DNA from: an uncultured Acidobacteriota bacterium
GTDB lineage: Bacteria > Acidobacteriota > Vicinamibacteria > Vicinamibacterales > CAVVIG01
Assembly: GCA_963840225.1 (NCBI GenBank)
Contig: CAWIYH010000005.1
Coordinates: 85,750-149,749 of the forward strand
Reading direction: 5' to 3'
DNA: 64,000 bases
Shown: in pieces, positions 61,457 to 64,000 of the stretch
Numbering within the stretch: position 1 is the first letter of the stretch
Layout: each line of letters starts with the position of its first letter
Notes under the pieces: generated by a model
Seen by the model: the letters and a program-made list of their open reading frames with translations, nothing else
The model's database searches: none
What the model was told of the DNA's origin: nothing
Position numbers and translations under genes: made by a program

Positions 61457-62677
61457 TCAGGCCGGCGCCTCGATGAACGTGCGGTGCAGCGTCCTGACGG
61501 CGTCGTCCACCGTGGTACGCGGCACCAGCCACGTGATGCGGAACGATGAGGTGGCGACGTCCGACGCCGCGAGGCCGGCGGCGGCGAGCGCATCGCCGCC
61601 GCGGCGGAGGTTCTCGAAGGTGGCGTTGATGCCGGCGCCAATCACGCTGACCGCCGCGACCTCGGCGTCGAGCCGGACGCGCGGGCCGAATCGTGCGCCG
61701 AGACCGGCCCGGACGCGCTCTTCGTCGTGCAGGTTCTCGCGCGAGACGACCAGCGTCAATCGATCGGCGGTGGCGTGGAGCTGCTTGCCCGACACGCCGT
61801 GCGCGTCGAGAAACGCAAGCAGCGCGAGCGGCGATTCCCCGGGGCTGTCGGATGCGCCTGCAGCCGTCATGGCGATGACGTCGCGCTCGCTCGCCACCCC
61901 GACGACGGCGCCCGGCATCCGGGGAGGAAAGCGGCGAACCACCGTGCCGTCGGCGGACGGGTCGGCGCCCGGCAGCGGCGACGCGGTGGCGCGCGCATAG
62001 ATGGCGATGCCCTGCGCCTTGGCGAACTCGACGGCCTGCGCGTTGAGCACCCTCGCGCCGGACTCGGCGAGCTCCTGCGTCTCCTCGTACGACAGCGTCG
62101 GCACCCGGCGCGCCTCGGGCACCACGCGCGGGTCGGCGGTGTAGACGCCGTCGACATCCGAACAGATCTCGCAATATTCCGCGCCGAGGGCCGCGGCCAT
62201 GGCCACGGCGGTCGTGTCGCTGCCGCCACGCCCCAGCGTGGTGACCTCGCGCCGGTACGACACCCCCTGGTAGCCGGCCACGACCACGATCCGGTCCCGG
62301 GCGAGCTCGTCCTGCACCCGGAACGGCCGGACCTCGACGATGCGCGCGTCGACGTGGCGATCGTTGGTGATGATGCCGGACTGGCTGCCGGTGAAGCTGA
62401 TGGCGTCGCCGCCGAGCTCCCGGATGGCCATCGAGAGAAGCGCCATCGAGATGCGTTCGCCTGCCGTGAGCAGCATGTCCAGCTCGCGGCGGTCTGGGTT
62501 CGGCGACACCTGCTTGGCCAGCGCCAGCAGCTCGTCGGTCGAATGGCCCATCGCCGACACGACGACGACCACGTCGTGGCCGGCGCGCCGCGTCGCCATG
62601 ACCCGGGCCGCGACCTGCTTGAGGCGCGAGACGTCGGCCACGCTCGAGCCGCCGTATTTCTGGACGACGATCGGCAT
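61457..62677 (-). CDS. lysC: Aspartate kinase
   Basis: [32 protein letters not shown]. Confidence 0.93.
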   Translation of the reverse strand: MPIVVQKYGGSSVADVSRLKQVAARVMATRRAGHDVVVVVSAMGHSTDELLALAKQVSPNPDRRELDMLLTAGERISMALLSMAIRELGGDAISFTGSQSGIITNDRHVDARIVEVRPFRVQDELARDRIVVVAGYQGVSYRREVTTLGRGGSDTTAVAMAAALGAEYCEICSDVDGVYTADPRVVPEARRVPTLSYEETQELAESGARVLNAQAVEFAKAQGIAIYARATASPLPGADPSADGTVVRRFPPRMPGAVVGVASERDVIAMTAAGASDSPGESPLALLAFLDAHGVSGKQLHATADRLTLVVSRENLHDEERVRAGLGARFGPRVRLDAEVAAVSVIGAGINATFENLRRGGDALAAAGLAASDVATSSFRITWLVPRTTVDDAVRTLHRTFIEAPA

Positions 62678-62697
62678 TGACCCCTCCGCCCGACAAC

Positions 62698-63450
62698 TCA
62701 GGAGAACGTCGCCACGACCGGCGCGTGGTCGCTCGTGCCGACCTCCTTCTGCACGACGCAGGCCGTGGCACGCGCGGCGAGGCGCTCGCTGGCGAACACG
62801 TAGTCGAGGCGCCAGCCGATGTTCCGCTCGCGGAGGTTCCGCCACGGCGCCCACCACGTGAACAGGCCGTCGTTGTCGGGATCGAGGGCGCGTCCCACGT
62901 CCACGAGCCCGCGGCTCAGGATCCGCTCGACCAGCGCCCGCTCTTCGGGCAGCTGGCCGATGGCGCGCGGCTTCCGCTCCTTGGGATGCACGTCGCGCTC
63001 GGTCCGGGCGACGTTCATGTCACCGCAGACAACGAGCGCGCGGCCCGGACAGGCGGCGGGAAACGCGGCGGCGAAGGCGTCGAGCGCTTCGAGAAAGCGC
63101 ATCTTCGCCCGGAAGTCCTTGCCGCCGTTCGGGACGTAGACCGACGCCACGACGCGATCGCCGAGCTCGGCGGTCACGATGCGCGTTTCGTAGTCGAAGT
63201 CGGGATGGGAGAAGCGCGGGCGCTCGGGCGCGATCGCCTTGCAGACGTGCAGCCCGACGCCCGAATAGGCCTTGCCGCCGTGCCAGTAGCACCAGTACCC
63301 CTCGAGCTCGCAGAGAAACAGGGGAATCTGGTCGGATGCGGCCTTGATTTCCTGCAGGCAGACGACATCCGGGCGTTCCCGCGCGATCCATTCCTGGACC
63401 TGCGCCTGACGCGCCCGGATGCCGTTGACGTTCCAGGTCGCGATCTTCAT
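62698..63450 (-). CDS. xth: Exodeoxyribonuclease III
   Basis: [38 protein letters not shown]. Confidence 0.95.
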   Translation of the reverse strand: MKIATWNVNGIRARQAQVQEWIARERPDVVCLQEIKAASDQIPLFLCELEGYWCYWHGGKAYSGVGLHVCKAIAPERPRFSHPDFDYETRIVTAELGDRVVASVYVPNGGKDFRAKMRFLEALDAFAAAFPAACPGRALVVCGDMNVARTERDVHPKERKPRAIGQLPEERALVERILSRGLVDVGRALDPDNDGLFTWWAPWRNLRERNIGWRLDYVFASERLAARATACVVQKEVGTSDHAPVVATFS

Positions 63451-63530
63451 TGCGGATTGCTGACTGCCGATCGCAGACGGTGACGGCGACGACCCGCAGC
63501 CACGCGCGATCCGCAATCAGCAAACGGCAA
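63450..63530. repeat. Degenerate heptamer repeats in inverted arrangement
   Basis: TTGCGGA TTGCTGA CTGCCGA TCGCAGA ... TCCGCAA TCAGCAA ACGGCAA. Confidence 0.6.
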
Positions 63531-63538
63531 TGGGCGCG

Positions 63539-63913
63539 TCAGAACCTCGCGTGCGCGGCCTGGCGCTCCGCGGGCGGGATGGCCATGATGTCGGCGTGCG
63601 AGGCGACGTGCGCCCTGACGATCTCTTCGGCCTTGGCGATGGTCTCGGCGTCGCCGTTGCGATAGATGGCGTTGGCCTCGATGAGATCCTTCTGATGCGC
63701 CGGCGTGGCGTCCACGCTCTCGTAGATGGCGGCCACCGGACACGCCGGCACGCACGCGCCGCAATCGATGCATTCCTCGGGGTGGATATAGAGCATCGTC
63801 GTCTGCGCGAACTCGGGCTCGTCCTTGCGCGGGTGGATGCAATCCACCGGACACACGTCCACGCAGGCGGTATCTTTGGTCTCGATGCACGGGTCGGTAA
63901 TGATGAACGGCAT
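63539..63913 (-). CDS. fdxA: 7Fe (3Fe-4S/4Fe-4S) ferredoxin with a C-terminal extension
   Basis: CIETKDTACVDVCPVDCI and CIDCGACVPACP. Confidence 0.9.
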   Translation of the reverse strand: MPFIITDPCIETKDTACVDVCPVDCIHPRKDEPEFAQTTMLYIHPEECIDCGACVPACPVAAIYESVDATPAHQKDLIEANAIYRNGDAETIAKAEEIVRAHVASHADIMAIPPAERQAAHARF

Positions 63914-64000
63914 GTGTGTGCGTCTCCAGAAGTCGAGCGGTATCGGGCGGCGTGCGACCACCTCCCGAGCCCCGAATAGTATCGAAAACGGACGCGTCGC

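Noticed and set aside
1-64000. tRNA, rRNA or riboswitch genes
   Set aside because: No recognisable signatures in the intergenic regions by eye; a covariance-model search would be needed to exclude small RNAs

Overview
High-GC bacterial chromosome segment, most likely Acidobacteriota (Vicinamibacteria-like; inferred from the gene repertoire, including an ADOP permease remnant, not from a marker gene). No rRNA, tRNA, CRISPR array or intact transposase was found. Layout: (1) 1-5.7 kb, a double-activase/DUF2229 protein of PlsA/Ger (ether-lipid) architecture, a radical SAM gene and a convergent patatin, with three reading-frame lesions near 3.46-3.82 kb. (2) 5.8-12 kb, a complete sufA-B-C-D-S-U-T operon whose promoter overlaps an IscR/Rrf2-like 9-7-9 operator. 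(3) 12-35 kb, a stress/dormancy-type accessory region in which intact genes (GT4, glycogen debranching enzyme, TonB-C tandem, sigma-70, PolX-N orphan, pncA, cfa plus FAD reductase, treS, GgS-like, ClC, DUF302, USP) are interleaved with gene wreckage (internally inverted BamA/PD40 gene, pncB-rtcB chimera, ligA, USP, Hsp20, ClC and ADOP fragments). Most of its transcription units carry a sigma-54 -24/-12 motif. (4) 35-64 kb, mostly housekeeping genes (phoD, nhaA, ftsB, cutA, dedA, metB, PP2C, rnc fusion, hutHU, purA, lepB, pepT, lysC, xth, ferredoxin). The most interesting signals are the candidate ether-lipid locus, the putative RpoN regulon that includes a sigma-70 gene, the cfa plus geranylgeranyl-reductase pair, and several unusual domain fusions or pseudo-enzymes. 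All family calls come from motif recognition, without database searches.
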